Assembly: GCA_965198065.1 (NCBI GenBank)
Contig: CBDAON010000004.1
Span: 1,216,001-1,280,000, forward strand
DNA length: 64,000 bases
From: Longimicrobiales bacterium
Lineage (GTDB): Bacteria > Gemmatimonadota > Gemmatimonadetes > Longimicrobiales > Gaopeijiaceae
Reading direction: 5' to 3'
Positions 29,100-39,943 of the stretch are shown here, one piece after another (position 1 is the stretch's first letter; each line of letters begins with the position of its first letter). Both the position numbers and the translations under genes were made by a program. The notes under the pieces are model-generated. The model saw only the letters and a list, made by a program, of their open reading frames with translations. It had not been told where the DNA came from and ran no database searches.

Positions 29100-30754
29100 A
29101 ATGGGTCAGTGACCCACTACTCTCGTGGTCTTGCCGCTGGGCTCCACCCGTCTCCGCGATCGGCCGGGGACTTTTCGCGCCACCTCCGGGGCCCTTGGGA
29201 GCGCTCTCCTCGAGCACAACGCCGCGGTGACCACCTCCAACTTCTTTCTCCACCGGGAACTCTGGCAGCGGCTCCGGGGGTTCCGGGCGTATCGCTACGT
29301 TCACGACCTGGACTTCCTCCTTCGGGCCCTAGAGCTGTGTCCCTAGCACGTTGTCTTCGAGGGTGCGATCGAAGATGTCCGCTATCGGGTCCACGAGAGG
29401 AACACGGTCACGGAGAACGTGCCGCGGGCGCTGGCGGAGCGCGCGCTGGCTCGTGTAACGGGGAGGGCGAGCCTTCCCCCCCGCCTGCCCCTCGGCCGAT
29501 TCGGGGTCCAAGCGGTTCGCTGCGGGCTCGTGGTCGAGGAGCTCGACCAGGGGGGGCTGGAGAAGATCGTGGCGCTGCTCGCGCTCACCCTTCCCTCCGC
29601 GGGAGTGGACACCGCGGTCCTCTGCACGCGGCGGGGCGGGCGCATGGCGAATCGGCTCGTCGAAGCCGGTGTGCCCGTACATGTTGCCGGGCGTCGTCCC
29701 GACGAAGTCCGCAAGTGGATCGAAGCGACCCGGCCGGACGTGCTGTCTGCGCATTTCGTTGGACTCGGGTTCCTCGAGGCTCTGGGGGCTCCGAGTGTTC
29801 CCATCGTGGATACCGTCCACAACACTTATGCGTGGCTCACGGCCGAGGGCTGGAAGGACGAGGCGGCAAAGCACGAGATGGTGAGCGAGACGGTGGCCGT
29901 GAGCCGGATTGCAGCAGAGCATTACGCGCGGCGCGTTTCGGGGAGCGGGTCGCGCTTCACCGTCATTCCCAACGGGATCGAGCCGTCCCGGGTTTGCACG
30001 CTCCCGCGGGCGTACGCCCGTCGGACCCTCGGGATCGAGGCCGACGATCCCGTGTTCGTCCAGGTCGGCCGATGGACGCTCCAGAAAAACCAGCTGGGGC
30101 TCGTCGATGCGTTCCGGGACGTGCTACGGGCGGCGCCTCGAGCGCTCCTCCTCCTCGTGGACAGCGGCGGACCGGGCGTACGTCGCCAAGCTTCGCGCCG
30201 AACATGCGGACCTTCTGGCCCGGGGGCGGGTCCGTCTCGTTCCGTTCGAGACCTGGGTGGATCACGCCCTTTCTGCCGCGGACGTCTTCGTGGCGAACTC
30301 CTACTTCGAGGGGTGGAGCGTGGCCGCGTCTGAGGCCCTCTGGGCGGGCCTTCCCCTGGTGCTCAGTGAATGCGGCGGGAGCCGTGAGCTCGTGGGGGCG
30401 GCCGGGGAGCGCGGGCGCCTGGTACCGAACGCGGTCGGAGATCCTCTCGAGCTCTCGCTGCGCCTGCTCGAGAATCCCGACCCGGCCGGGATCGAGAGGA
30501 ACCGGGAGGCTTTGGTCCGGGCCATGCTCGAGACCCTCCGGCTGGGGGGCGGGACGGACGGAAGGAGCGGTGGGCCGGATCCGGAGAGCGTGAGAGCGGA
30601 GGCCCGGACGTTCGCTCGCGAGCAGCTTACCGCGGCCAAGATGGCCAGGCGTCATGCCGAGGTGCTCCGGCGCGTGGCGGCCGACGGGACGTCAGCCGGA
30701 GCGACCGCGACGGACTCCGGCGGCGTCCCCGCTTCATCGGTTCCGGGCCACTAG
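29100..30754 (+). pseudogene. Degenerate GT2-GT4 glycosyltransferase fusion
   Basis: TTSNFF...YVHDLDF (GT2 end), in-frame TAG at 29344, GGLEK, IPNGI, GRWTLQKN; frameshift near 30165 into FEGWSVAASEAL. Confidence 0.75.
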
Positions 30755-30758
30755 GGCC

Positions 30759-32612
30759 ATGAATCAGCCGGGTTTGGTCCTCGACCGCGCGTCCCGGGAG
30801 GTTCTCGGGCTCTACTGGAGGCTCGCGCGCGTGCGCGCTCTGGACCTCGCGATGCCGATCCTCCTGGTCTTCCTTGGTGGCGCCTTCGAGGCGCTGACTT
30901 TCGGTCTCCTCGTCCCGCTCACCCAGGCGGTGGCCGAAGGAGGATTCGGGTTCCTCGACTCGTCGCGCGCTTTCGGATGGCTCGGGCGCATGGTTCCGGA
31001 GGGTCCGGACGTCGTGTTCCGCGAGCGCATGCTCGTGCTGGCCATCCTGGGCCTCGTCGTCGCGAGTCGCTTTGCCTTTCTCGGGACCGAGTACCTCCGC
31101 AAGGTCTGGGTCGCCACGAGGAACGAGCGATACCGGGTGCGGGTGGGCGAGGCCACCTTCCGACGCGTGTTGGGGTTCGGGCGGCAGTACTTCAACCGCC
31201 GGTCCCTGGGCGAGCTGGACGCGGAGATCGGGTGGGCCGCCTCCGTGCCGGAGCTCCTGAATGTCGCGGAAGGGCTGTTCCAGAGGGTGATCCGGTTGGG
31301 GGTGAAGGTGGCCGTGATGGTGGCTCTGTCCGCGGTGCTGACCGCGGCGTTCGTCGTCACGATCCCGTTCGTGATGTTCCTCCTCGGCCGGGTTCAGCGG
31401 TACGCGCAGGCCATAGCGGAGGAGACCGCCGGAGTCGAGCGCAAGGTGCGCCGCGAGGTCCTGGACCTCCTCTTCACGATGCCGCTCGTGAAGGCGTTCT
31501 CGCAGGAAGACGCGGCCGCGCGGACCCACGTGGCGATCCTCCACAGCGCCCAGGGGCTGGCCGTCCGGCGGGAGCGCGTCGTCGGGTTACGCTGGCCCCT
31601 TTCCGAGGTGATCATTCTGGGGACCATGATCGGGGTCCAGGGCGTCATCATCCTCGTGACGGGCGACTTCGGGCCCGGAGACCTGGGGCGCTTCGCGGCG
31701 TTCCTGTTCCTCTTCCGGCAGAGCTTTCCGGACGTGAACGGCCTCCTGGCGGTTGGGGTGAGCCTCGCCGAGCACATGCCCAAGCTGCAGGCCGTCGCGG
31801 GTTTCTTTACGGACGACGGGAAAGAGGTGGTGAGCTCCGGGTCGATCGAGTTCGAGGGCCTTCGTCGGGAGATTCGAGTCCGAGACCTGTCGTTCGCCTA
31901 CACACCGGGGATCCCCGTGCTCAGGGAGGTGAACGCGGTGATTCCCGCTCGTATGACTACGGCGATCGTCGGCGAGAGCGGGTCGGGTAAGACGACGTTC
32001 GTGGATCTCGTCGCCCGGCTGTACGAGTGCGGTCCGGGCACGATCCTGATGGACGGACGGGACGTACGGGAGCTTTCGGTGCCGTCGTTCCACCGGCGCA
32101 TGGCTCTGGTCAGCCAGGAGACCTGGCTCCTGAACCGCTCCCTGCGCGAGAACCTGTGCTTCGGGCTGCGGAGTCCTCCCCCGGACGCCGTGCTCCTCGA
32201 TCTATTGAGGCAGCTGGCCATGGACGACTTGATGTCGCGTCTTCCCGCCGGCCTCGATACGGAAGTCGGAGATCGCGGGGTGCGCCTCTCCGGGGGGCAA
32301 CGCCAACGCATCGACATTGCCCGGGCTCTGCTTCGGGAGCCCGACCTCGTCATCCTGGACGAAGCGACCTCCGCCCTGGACAGCGTCGTGGAGCGACAGG
32401 TGCTCGAGACCGTGCTGGACCGCCTGGCCAGACGGACCGTAATCTTCGTCGCTCACCGGCTCTCCACCGTGCGCGCGGCCGATCTCATCCTAGTGATGCG
32501 AAGAGGGCAGATCGTCGAGTCCGGAGCATGGGGAGAGCTGCTCGAGCTGGAGGGCGAGTTCTTCGACCTTCATCGAGCCCAGCTCGGCCGCACGGGAAGC
32601 CCAGCCGGCTGA
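30759..32612 (+). CDS. ABC exporter, fused TMD-NBD (MsbA-like)
   Basis: GESGSGKTT, LSGGQRQR, LDEATSALD, AHRLST. Confidence 0.94.
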   Translation: MNQPGLVLDRASREVLGLYWRLARVRALDLAMPILLVFLGGAFEALTFGLLVPLTQAVAEGGFGFLDSSRAFGWLGRMVPEGPDVVFRERMLVLAILGLVVASRFAFLGTEYLRKVWVATRNERYRVRVGEATFRRVLGFGRQYFNRRSLGELDAEIGWAASVPELLNVAEGLFQRVIRLGVKVAVMVALSAVLTAAFVVTIPFVMFLLGRVQRYAQAIAEETAGVERKVRREVLDLLFTMPLVKAFSQEDAAARTHVAILHSAQGLAVRRERVVGLRWPLSEVIILGTMIGVQGVIILVTGDFGPGDLGRFAAFLFLFRQSFPDVNGLLAVGVSLAEHMPKLQAVAGFFTDDGKEVVSSGSIEFEGLRREIRVRDLSFAYTPGIPVLREVNAVIPARMTTAIVGESGSGKTTFVDLVARLYECGPGTILMDGRDVRELSVPSFHRRMALVSQETWLLNRSLRENLCFGLRSPPPDAVLLDLLRQLAMDDLMSRLPAGLDTEVGDRGVRLSGGQRQRIDIARALLREPDLVILDEATSALDSVVERQVLETVLDRLARRTVIFVAHRLSTVRAADLILVMRRGQIVESGAWGELLELEGEFFDLHRAQLGRTGSPAG

Positions 32613-32966
32613 GCGTACGATGGCCCGGCGAAGACGTCGTCTGTCTCGGGGTTCGTCCACAGGATCCCCTTCTTACTGTCGCTGAACTCCCAGAAGGCCA
32701 GCCAGAAGATGCCCGAGGCGGTGACAGCGTTTCCCGAGTCATCCTGACCAAAACCATCTACCAGCATGTGACACCTCCCCAAGCAGTAGGGTGAGGGCGA
32801 ACACCACCACCAGGTTGTCCTCCCGGGCCAGGAGGACTGAGCCGTCGGTGAACGTTTCGATCAGCCCGGCTATGTACTCCGCGCACAGATCACATATTTG
32901 CATCCCGGCTTATGTCCCCTGACTCGAGCACGCCGACGCCGCTTGGGGCGCGGTGACGGCGCTACC

Positions 32967-33834
32967 TTACTTCCCGAGCGCGAGGAGCACGCCTGCCCTT
33001 TGAGCCGCGCGAAGGACCCGCGCCTCCCGGCGCCAGGCAGACAGGGAGCTCTCGGGCGGCAGCCCGACCGACCGCCGTCTTCGCTTCACGTCGGACAGGA
33101 GGCGCTCGAGCGTCGGAGATGGAACGGGCCCGATGAAGTGCAGGATCGGCTTGGAGGGGCGGGCCGGATCGAGTGAGAGGATCTCCGCCGGCCAGTACAT
33201 GGGCCCCGGGGAAGGGAACGTGTGGAACCCCATTCGCCCACCGGCCACGCCGAAGCCCAGCTCGTCCCCCAGGAAGCGCCACGGCCGGAGCCGACTCCTT
33301 AACGCGGGGCGCACTTCCTCGACGTAGCAGCGGAAGCACTCCTCCATTGCCTCGGGCCCACCTTCCCTCCGAACGTGGAAGACCCCGCTATTCGTCTTGA
33401 GGTACGCGGGAAGGTCGAGCCGCTCCATCAGCTCGCGGGTCGAGAAACCGTGGTGGTGCCTGTCGTCGGTCGGGCCGAGGAGCTCGCCCGCCATCGTGAG
33501 AGGTCCGGGGCCGGTCCCGGACCACACGGGCTCGGGATCGGAGAGCGCCAGGCAGTCGGCGTCGATGAACATGGTTTCGTCCAGCGGCGAGGCGGCGGCG
33601 ACCCCGAACTTCCTGGCCCGGCCGTCCAGGAAGCGGCGCTCGACCCGGACGATCTCGGCGAAAACGCCCGGAAAGACTGTCCCTCGCGAGCGCCCCCAGC
33701 TTCTCGTCGGCGGCCAGCAGGACCGGCAGGGTGGTTCGCTCCCCGAGCGAGAGCGCCAGATCCACGGCCATCTCGAGGTACGGTCGGCGGCCGACGGCCA
33801 TCGTGAGATAGCCGCGGTCGCGGGAGTAGCTCAC
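32967..33834 (-). pseudogene. GT-A-fold (GT8-like) glycosyltransferase, frameshifted near 33670
   Basis: GYLTMAVG..Y..MA..LA.SL; SPLDETMFIDADC; NSGVF; DELGF; LHF. Confidence 0.68.
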
Positions 33835-35360
33835 GGGAGCGTCGGGCTGGGCTCGCGGCGGAACACTCCGGCCCACTGGAGGAGCACCACGAGGGCGAGG
33901 CACATGCCCCAGAAGGCGAGGGGAAGCGTCCAGAGGAGCTCGCCGCGAACGACGAGAACGCCCAGACCCAGCGCGCAGTACGCGACGACGATGAGCTCCA
34001 GGAAGAACGTCCAGTGAAGCGGATTGGGGTACGGCCGGTCGGCGCCAAGCGCGCTCAGCTCGTGAGCCGCCGGGGATCGCCGACGCTTCGGGGTGCGGCG
34101 GAACTCGCCCGTCCGGCTGAGGATGCCCTGCACCTGCCCCACGGTATTCGCGATCATCAGCCCTACCCCCAGGCACACGCCAGCCAGGATCCGCACCAGG
34201 GACCCGGCCGACAGGGGATCGCCCCGCTCCCTCGAGGCGAGGAGGAAGCTCAGCGGGGCAACCAGGATGAGCAGGGTGAGGACCACCTGGAGGCCGATGA
34301 AGAGGGCCCGATCCATATACAGGACCGCCCACGGCCAGAGGACGAGGTTGGCCAGGAGAATCGGGTGGATGGCGTAGCCCGCGAGAAGGTGCATCTCCTC
34401 CCACCGGTCGCGGATGAGCCCCGATCGGAGAACGCTTCGCGTCAGCTTCCGAAGGCACTGCGCGTTCCCTCGCGCCCATCGGTGCTGCTGGAGCTTGAAG
34501 GCTCGAATGTCTCCGGGGAGGTCGCTAGGCACCGCCACGTCACGGAAGTACCGACCTCTCCAGCCACCGAGCGCGCAACGATAGCTCAGATCGAGGTCCT
34601 CGGTCAGGCTGTCGGTGGCCCACCCCCCCACGGCGTCGATGGCTTCGCGCCGCCAGATACCGGCCGAGCCGTTGAAACTCGTGACGTTTCCCATGTACGC
34701 CTTCGTCGGCTTCTGAACGAAGAAGTGTCGGTCCATGAGCAAGCCGACGGCCGAGTGGAAGAGGCTCCGGATCGAGCCGCTCCACGCCCAGCGCGCCTGA
34801 GCGAAGGCGACCCTTGGGTCCTCGAACGCGTCTTCCTCCACGAGGAGCCGACGCAGAAACGACGGATCCCGCTGGAAGTCTGCGTCGAAGATCGCCACGA
34901 ACCCGGCGGAGGAGTGCTTGAGCCCCTCCGCGAGGGCCCCCGCTTTGTACCCGGTTCTCCGGTCCCGCCGAATGTGGCGGATGTGTACGCCCCGGTCGCG
35001 GACTCCCTCGACGAGGCGGGCCACGATCTGGGTCGTTTCGTCGGTCGAATCATCCAGCACCTGGACATCGAACCGATTGAGCGGATACTCCTGCGCGGCG
35101 GCCGCGAGGATCACCTGCTCGGCGGAGGTCCGTTCGTTGTAGAGAGGGATCTGGATCGTGACGGACGGGGGGAGCCCGTTCGAGCGCGCGGAGCCGTTCG
35201 GAGAGACCCCGTTGCCGAGGTGCGCCGCGCGCGAGGAAACCGAGTCGCGGATCTCCCTCCGGTGCCGGACGAATCGAGAGAGGAGCCTCAACTCGAAGAA
35301 CGCGAAAGCCGCCCCGAGGGTCGCGGCCGTCAAATAGAGGGCAGAGATAGCGAGCGGCAT
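33831..35360 (-). CDS. GT2 cellulose-synthase-like glycosyltransferase
   Basis: QIPLYNE, DDSTD, GYKAGAL, FDADF, LTEDLDL, QHRW. Confidence 0.94.
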   Translation of the reverse strand: MPLAISALYLTAATLGAAFAFFELRLLSRFVRHRREIRDSVSSRAAHLGNGVSPNGSARSNGLPPSVTIQIPLYNERTSAEQVILAAAAQEYPLNRFDVQVLDDSTDETTQIVARLVEGVRDRGVHIRHIRRDRRTGYKAGALAEGLKHSSAGFVAIFDADFQRDPSFLRRLLVEEDAFEDPRVAFAQARWAWSGSIRSLFHSAVGLLMDRHFFVQKPTKAYMGNVTSFNGSAGIWRREAIDAVGGWATDSLTEDLDLSYRCALGGWRGRYFRDVAVPSDLPGDIRAFKLQQHRWARGNAQCLRKLTRSVLRSGLIRDRWEEMHLLAGYAIHPILLANLVLWPWAVLYMDRALFIGLQVVLTLLILVAPLSFLLASRERGDPLSAGSLVRILAGVCLGVGLMIANTVGQVQGILSRTGEFRRTPKRRRSPAAHELSALGADRPYPNPLHWTFFLELIVVAYCALGLGVLVVRGELLWTLPLAFWGMCLALVVLLQWAGVFRREPSPTLP

Positions 35361-35516
35361 GCGTACCGTGAAGCGGGCGAGGGCTCCTCGAAAAGGGGCG
35401 CGGTGGCCTCATTTCTCGCGCGACCCGCTAGGGTACCGCGTCCCCTCGGGCGAAGGCAACCCCGCCGACCCGGCCGCTTGCGATTTCCATGGCGGTTGGG
35501 GAAAGTTTGAAGCCCG

Positions 35517-37319
35517 ATGAGATTCCGCACCGTCGATCCGCAGAGCGTGCCGTCCGGAGGGCGGAGTGCGTCCGGGGCCGCCGGCCGGCTGGCCGTGATC
35601 GTGACGTGTCTCGTCGCTCCCGGGGTCGCGCGAGCGCAGGACCAGGGCGCGATCCCTTCGTGCCCGGCGGGGCGCGTCACCGCCGTCGAGATCCGAAACG
35701 GCTCGGTCTTCGACCCGAGCACGACTGAGAGCTCGTTCCTCGGCACGATGTACCGCGCTGCGAACATGGCTCACGTCCGCACCCGCGAGGGCTTCATTCG
35801 CTCGGAGCTCCTGCTCGAGGAAGGCGACTGCTTCGATCCGGTCCTGGCGGAGGACTCTCAGCTGATCCTCGACCGTCACGGGTTCCTTCGCCAGGCTGTC
35901 TTGCGTGCGGAGGACGACGGACAAGGCGGCCGTCGGCTGGTCGTGGAGACGTCGGACGAGTGGTCGCTCGGAGTGTGGCTGGGTGTCACGTACGACGAGG
36001 GCGTGAACCTGGAGCGGGTCCACGTCTGGGACCGGAACTTCCTCGGGCGGGGAATCGTGGCCGAGGCGAGCCTGGACCAGTACCGGGATCGAAATGACCG
36101 CGCCCTCCGACTCTACACCCCGCGCCTCTTCGGGCGCGGCGAGCTGACGCTCTCGTGGGGGCGCGCGCGCCGCGGAGAGTTCCTCGGACTGGTCCTAGCT
36201 TATCCGTTCGTGGGAGAGACCGGTCGATTCTCCCTGCGGCAGGCCTATTCCCGGAGCCCGGGCGACTTCACGTACGCGACGGGCGGCCGCGAGGACGTCA
36301 CCCACGTCGTCGTACCGGTCCGCCGGGAGGCCTTCGAGGTTGCGGCCGGGCGACGCTTCGGCGAGCCGGACCGGTCCACGATCTTCGGGATCTCGATCGC
36401 CCGCCAGGAGGTGCTATTTCCGGGCGATCCCGAGCGGGTGTTCGGGAGTGACTTCGGATTGGGGGACACGACGGACCACGCCGATCTGGACGAAGGGATC
36501 GTCCGACAGCGGCGTCCGCTCGGAGGTACTCTGATTGCGGTTCATCTGGGCGCGCGTCACTTCCGCTACGAGGAGTTTCGCGGGCTGGACGCGGTGCGTG
36601 AGGAGCAGACGGTGGGCCTCGGTTTCTTCGCGGGAATGAGCGTCGGGCGAGGGCTCGGGCTCCTTGCGCCGGACGGCGTGCCGGAGGACTCGGATTCGTA
36701 CGTCCGCACGCACGCGAGCTTCGGGCGAGTCCTGGGCGGGGCCCTCTTTCACGGGGGCACGACCGTGGAGGCCCGACGGGGCGAGGGGTGGCGGGACATC
36801 CTGGCCGAAGGGGACGTCGTCGCCTACGGGCGCGCATCGTGGCTCCCGCACCAGACCGTTTTCGCCCGGGCGTCGTTCGCCGCCGGCTGGCGGACGGAGG
36901 TTCCCTTCCAGCTCACGCTCGGGGGGCGCGACGGCGTGCGCTCGCTTCACGAGGACCAGTTCCCCGGCGGACGTGAGGTTCTCTTCACGCTGGAGGACCG
37001 GATCGCGCTCCCCTGGCCACGCTGGGGCGTCGGCGACCTGGGGGCCACGGTGTTCGGCGATCTGGGCCGCGTTTGGCGCGGAGACGTTCCCTACGGGGTC
37101 GACTCGGGGTGGAAGGGAGGGGTGGGAATCGGGCTCCGGATCGCCGTTCCGTCGGGATCCCGTATCGTATTGCGGCCCGACGTGACCTTTCCCCTCGGAC
37201 CGGGTCGGGGCGATCCGATCGTCCGGATCACCGTGGAGACGAACCGCATCCGGGCCGGGTTCTTCACGCCCGAGCTCTCCAGAAGCCGGCAGTTTCGGCG
37301 GGGTCCCGAGCACTTCTGA
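35517..37319 (+). CDS. Omp85/BamA-TamA-like outer-membrane protein
   Basis: POTRA-like TREGFIRSELL; DRNFLGRG; LGGRDGVR; VFGDLGRVW; GVGIGLR. Confidence 0.82.
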   Translation: MRFRTVDPQSVPSGGRSASGAAGRLAVIVTCLVAPGVARAQDQGAIPSCPAGRVTAVEIRNGSVFDPSTTESSFLGTMYRAANMAHVRTREGFIRSELLLEEGDCFDPVLAEDSQLILDRHGFLRQAVLRAEDDGQGGRRLVVETSDEWSLGVWLGVTYDEGVNLERVHVWDRNFLGRGIVAEASLDQYRDRNDRALRLYTPRLFGRGELTLSWGRARRGEFLGLVLAYPFVGETGRFSLRQAYSRSPGDFTYATGGREDVTHVVVPVRREAFEVAAGRRFGEPDRSTIFGISIARQEVLFPGDPERVFGSDFGLGDTTDHADLDEGIVRQRRPLGGTLIAVHLGARHFRYEEFRGLDAVREEQTVGLGFFAGMSVGRGLGLLAPDGVPEDSDSYVRTHASFGRVLGGALFHGGTTVEARRGEGWRDILAEGDVVAYGRASWLPHQTVFARASFAAGWRTEVPFQLTLGGRDGVRSLHEDQFPGGREVLFTLEDRIALPWPRWGVGDLGATVFGDLGRVWRGDVPYGVDSGWKGGVGIGLRIAVPSGSRIVLRPDVTFPLGPGRGDPIVRITVETNRIRAGFFTPELSRSRQFRRGPEHF

Positions 37320-37491
37320 CCAAGCTGCTTAGCGGATCTTGCTAGACAATGCCTCCCCCGGGGCGTAAACTGGCCCCTAATCCCATGTACACGGACCGCT
37401 CGTACGGAGCGTCGTCATGCCGCTCCTACGGCGCAGCCTTCCCTTCGGGCGGCAGGATAGGAGCGTGCGGACGAGCATGAAAGGAGGCAGC

Positions 37492-38676
37492 ATGAAGAGG
37501 AGACGCCAATTCTGGTTTGCGGCGGGCCTCGGCGGGGCCGTCGCCGTTCTACTCGTTGTCCAGGCCTGCGCCGAGAGGGGGATCGCGACTCAGGGGGTCG
37601 CGCCGATGTTCGAGGTAGATCCTTACTGGCCGCAGCCCATGCCGAATGCCTGGCTCCTGGGCAGCTCCATCGGCGTGTGGGTGGACGACTCGGACGTGAT
37701 CTGGATGGTCCACCGAGGCAACCTCACGGGAGGCGAGGCCGGGGCGGTCAATGGGGGGGCCGAGTGCTGCATCCCGGCGCCGCCCATCCTCGCGTTCGAC
37801 CTGGAGGGGAACGTTGTCCATGCCTGGGGGCCCGAGGCCGGAGCCATGTACCAGGGGGCCGAGTGGCCCAGCTCGAACCACGGGATCTTCGTGGACCACG
37901 AGGGCTACGTCTGGGTCGGCGGCAACGGCGGCGGTGATTCGCACATCCTGAAGCTCACCCAGGACGGGGACGTGGTGCAACAGTTCGGCCACGCGAACGC
38001 CCGGGCCGACGAGTCGGGCAACATGGTGCGCGGGAGCCACGACACGGAGAGCTTTGGCCGCGTGGCCAAGATCTTCGTGGACGAGGTGACGAACGAGGTG
38101 TACCTCGCGGACGGCTACTTCAACCGGCGCGTGGCGGTCCTGAACCAAGAAACCGGCCTGGTGGACCGTTACTGGGGCGCGTACGGGAACCCGCCCGACG
38201 ACGATTACGAGCACCCGGAAGGTGGCGCCGTGTCGCAGCAGTTCCGGGGGCCGGTGCACTGCGCCGACGTGTCTGTGGACCGGCTCGTCTACGTCTGCGA
38301 CCGGGGCAGCAGGCGCATCCAGGTCTTCACGACCGCGGGAGAGTTCGTCAGCGAGCACTTCTTCGGAACCATCGGTGCCTCGACCTGGGACGTGGCCTTC
38401 TCGCCCGACCCCGAGCAGACCTACATGTACATCCCGGACGGGACGAACCAGAGGGTCCGCGTGGTGCTGCGCGAGACGATGCAGGAGCTCACGACCTTCG
38501 GCCAGGGGGGACGCTACCCGGGCATGTTCTTCGGAGCTCACAGCATTGCCACCGACTCGCAGGGCAACATCTACACGACGGAAACTTACGAGGGCAAGCG
38601 CATCCAGAAGTTCGTCAACATGGGCGAGGGCCCGGTCACGCCGGGTGACCAGGGACAGCCCCGGCCGGGGCTGTAA
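37492..38676 (+). CDS. NHL-repeat beta-propeller lipoprotein
   Basis: HGIFVD, YLADGY.NRRV, YVCDR...RIQVF, HSIATDSQGNIYT; AAGGAGG RBS. Confidence 0.88.
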   Translation: MKRRRQFWFAAGLGGAVAVLLVVQACAERGIATQGVAPMFEVDPYWPQPMPNAWLLGSSIGVWVDDSDVIWMVHRGNLTGGEAGAVNGGAECCIPAPPILAFDLEGNVVHAWGPEAGAMYQGAEWPSSNHGIFVDHEGYVWVGGNGGGDSHILKLTQDGDVVQQFGHANARADESGNMVRGSHDTESFGRVAKIFVDEVTNEVYLADGYFNRRVAVLNQETGLVDRYWGAYGNPPDDDYEHPEGGAVSQQFRGPVHCADVSVDRLVYVCDRGSRRIQVFTTAGEFVSEHFFGTIGASTWDVAFSPDPEQTYMYIPDGTNQRVRVVLRETMQELTTFGQGGRYPGMFFGAHSIATDSQGNIYTTETYEGKRIQKFVNMGEGPVTPGDQGQPRPGL

Positions 38677-38726
38677 CCCGACCTTGACGTAAGCGCCGGC
38701 CACTCCAGGCCCGGCTTCAAGAGCGA

Positions 38727-38761
38727 ACGGCCCCGCCGGTCAGCCAGACCGGCGGGGCCGT
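38727..38761. terminator. Hairpin between convergent genes (bidirectional terminator candidate)
   Basis: Perfect 15-bp stem ACGGCCCCGCCGGTC / GACCGGCGGGGCCGT with a 5-nt loop. Confidence 0.75.
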
Positions 38762-38764
38762 CGT

Positions 38765-39253
38765 CTATCTCTCTCTGAGCCCCCCTTCCTCCAGGACGAA
38801 GCGGCGCTCGTAGGCGACGGACGGGCAGCACGGCGGATCGTCGGGCCCGTAGTCGAGCACGTGGACGATGATCTCGCCCTCCTGATATCGAATCCCTTCC
38901 ACGCGCATCCGCTCCCCGAGCGAGAGCGACGACACGTGGGTCAGCTCGCCGTCCACCTGACGAGCGACCACGAGCTCGGTCTGGGTCTCCGCGCCGCCAC
39001 GGGTCGTATAGAGGATCCCGGTCGTGACGGGGGCCCCCGGCGTGTCCAGGACTCCCGTGAGGTGCAGGTCGTCGAGCACGATCTCTACGCTCTCGTCGTC
39101 GAGGAGCGCCCGACGCTCCTCGAGCCGCACCGCGCGTCCTCCCAGGGCCTCGACCCGGACCTCGAGGTTCTCGAACGCGGTCCCAGGGTCAGCGGCTTCA
39201 CCTCCGCACGCGCCCAGCCCGAGGGCCATGAGGGCAACCGGAAGGGTGGGCAT
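38765..39253 (-). CDS. Hypothetical lipoprotein with a C-terminal DPxCCPS motif
   Basis: LGAC lipobox; YGPDDPPCCPS. Confidence 0.72.
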   Translation of the reverse strand: MPTLPVALMALGLGACGGEAADPGTAFENLEVRVEALGGRAVRLEERRALLDDESVEIVLDDLHLTGVLDTPGAPVTTGILYTTRGGAETQTELVVARQVDGELTHVSSLSLGERMRVEGIRYQEGEIIVHVLDYGPDDPPCCPSVAYERRFVLEEGGLRER

Positions 39254-39432
39254 GGAGCGGGTTGGCGCGGGGCTGGTCCGGAGAGCAGGCGTTCGCTTCA
39301 TTCGTGGGGAGGGGGAGACGAAGGGTTGGCGGAAACGCTCTGGGCGGGGGGACCGTGAACTCGCCCCCCTGAATACGGGAACGATCGGGAGGACACGCAA
39401 GGGGCGGAGGGGACACAGGTGGAAGGGAACAC

Positions 39433-39891
39433 GTGACCGAATCGACGGGGGAGCGGAAGGGGGTGGGCGCCCCCCGAGCGGGCGAGCCCCGGGTTCGGGT
39501 CGTGGCCGCGGTCATCCAACGGGCGGGTCGTGTGCTGGTTGCCCGTCGCCCGGACGGGAAGCGGCATGCGGGGCTCTGGGAGTTTCCCGGCGGGAAGGTC
39601 GCAAACGGGGAGTCGGCGAGAGACGCCCTAGCGCGAGAACTCTGGGAGGAGCTCGGGGTCGGGCTCGCATCTCACGGCCCCGAGATCTTCGCGTTTCCGG
39701 ATCCGGGGTCGGAGCACTCCGTTCACTTCCATCCGGTCCGCATCCTGGGGTCCCCCAGAGCAATCGATCACGCCGAGCTCCGGTGGTGTGACGGTGAGGC
39801 GCTGGCGAGTCTCGACATGGCGCCCGCGGACGCGCGCGTTGCCCGATTCCTGGTCGCGGACCTTTTGGGAGAAACGCGCCAGCGAGGATGA
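39433..39891 (+). CDS. NUDIX hydrolase, MutT-like
   Basis: WEFPGGKVANGESARDALARELWEELG. Confidence 0.92.
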   Translation: MTESTGERKGVGAPRAGEPRVRVVAAVIQRAGRVLVARRPDGKRHAGLWEFPGGKVANGESARDALARELWEELGVGLASHGPEIFAFPDPGSEHSVHFHPVRILGSPRAIDHAELRWCDGEALASLDMAPADARVARFLVADLLGETRQRG

Positions 39892-39914
39892 CTCGCCGGC
39901 GAGACCGCACATTC

Positions 39915-39943
39915 TTGACGGGCCCAGAGCGTGCGGCTAGTCT
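39915..39943 (+). promoter_or_regulatory. sigma70-like promoter of the mrp operon
   Basis: TTGACG-N17-TAGTCT. Confidence 0.65.

Noticed and set aside
29344..29346. Stop-codon recoding (in-frame TAG in the glycosyltransferase; TAA at 17804)
   Set aside because: The two stops differ, both genes have other lesions, and TAG ends intact genes such as tkt normally.
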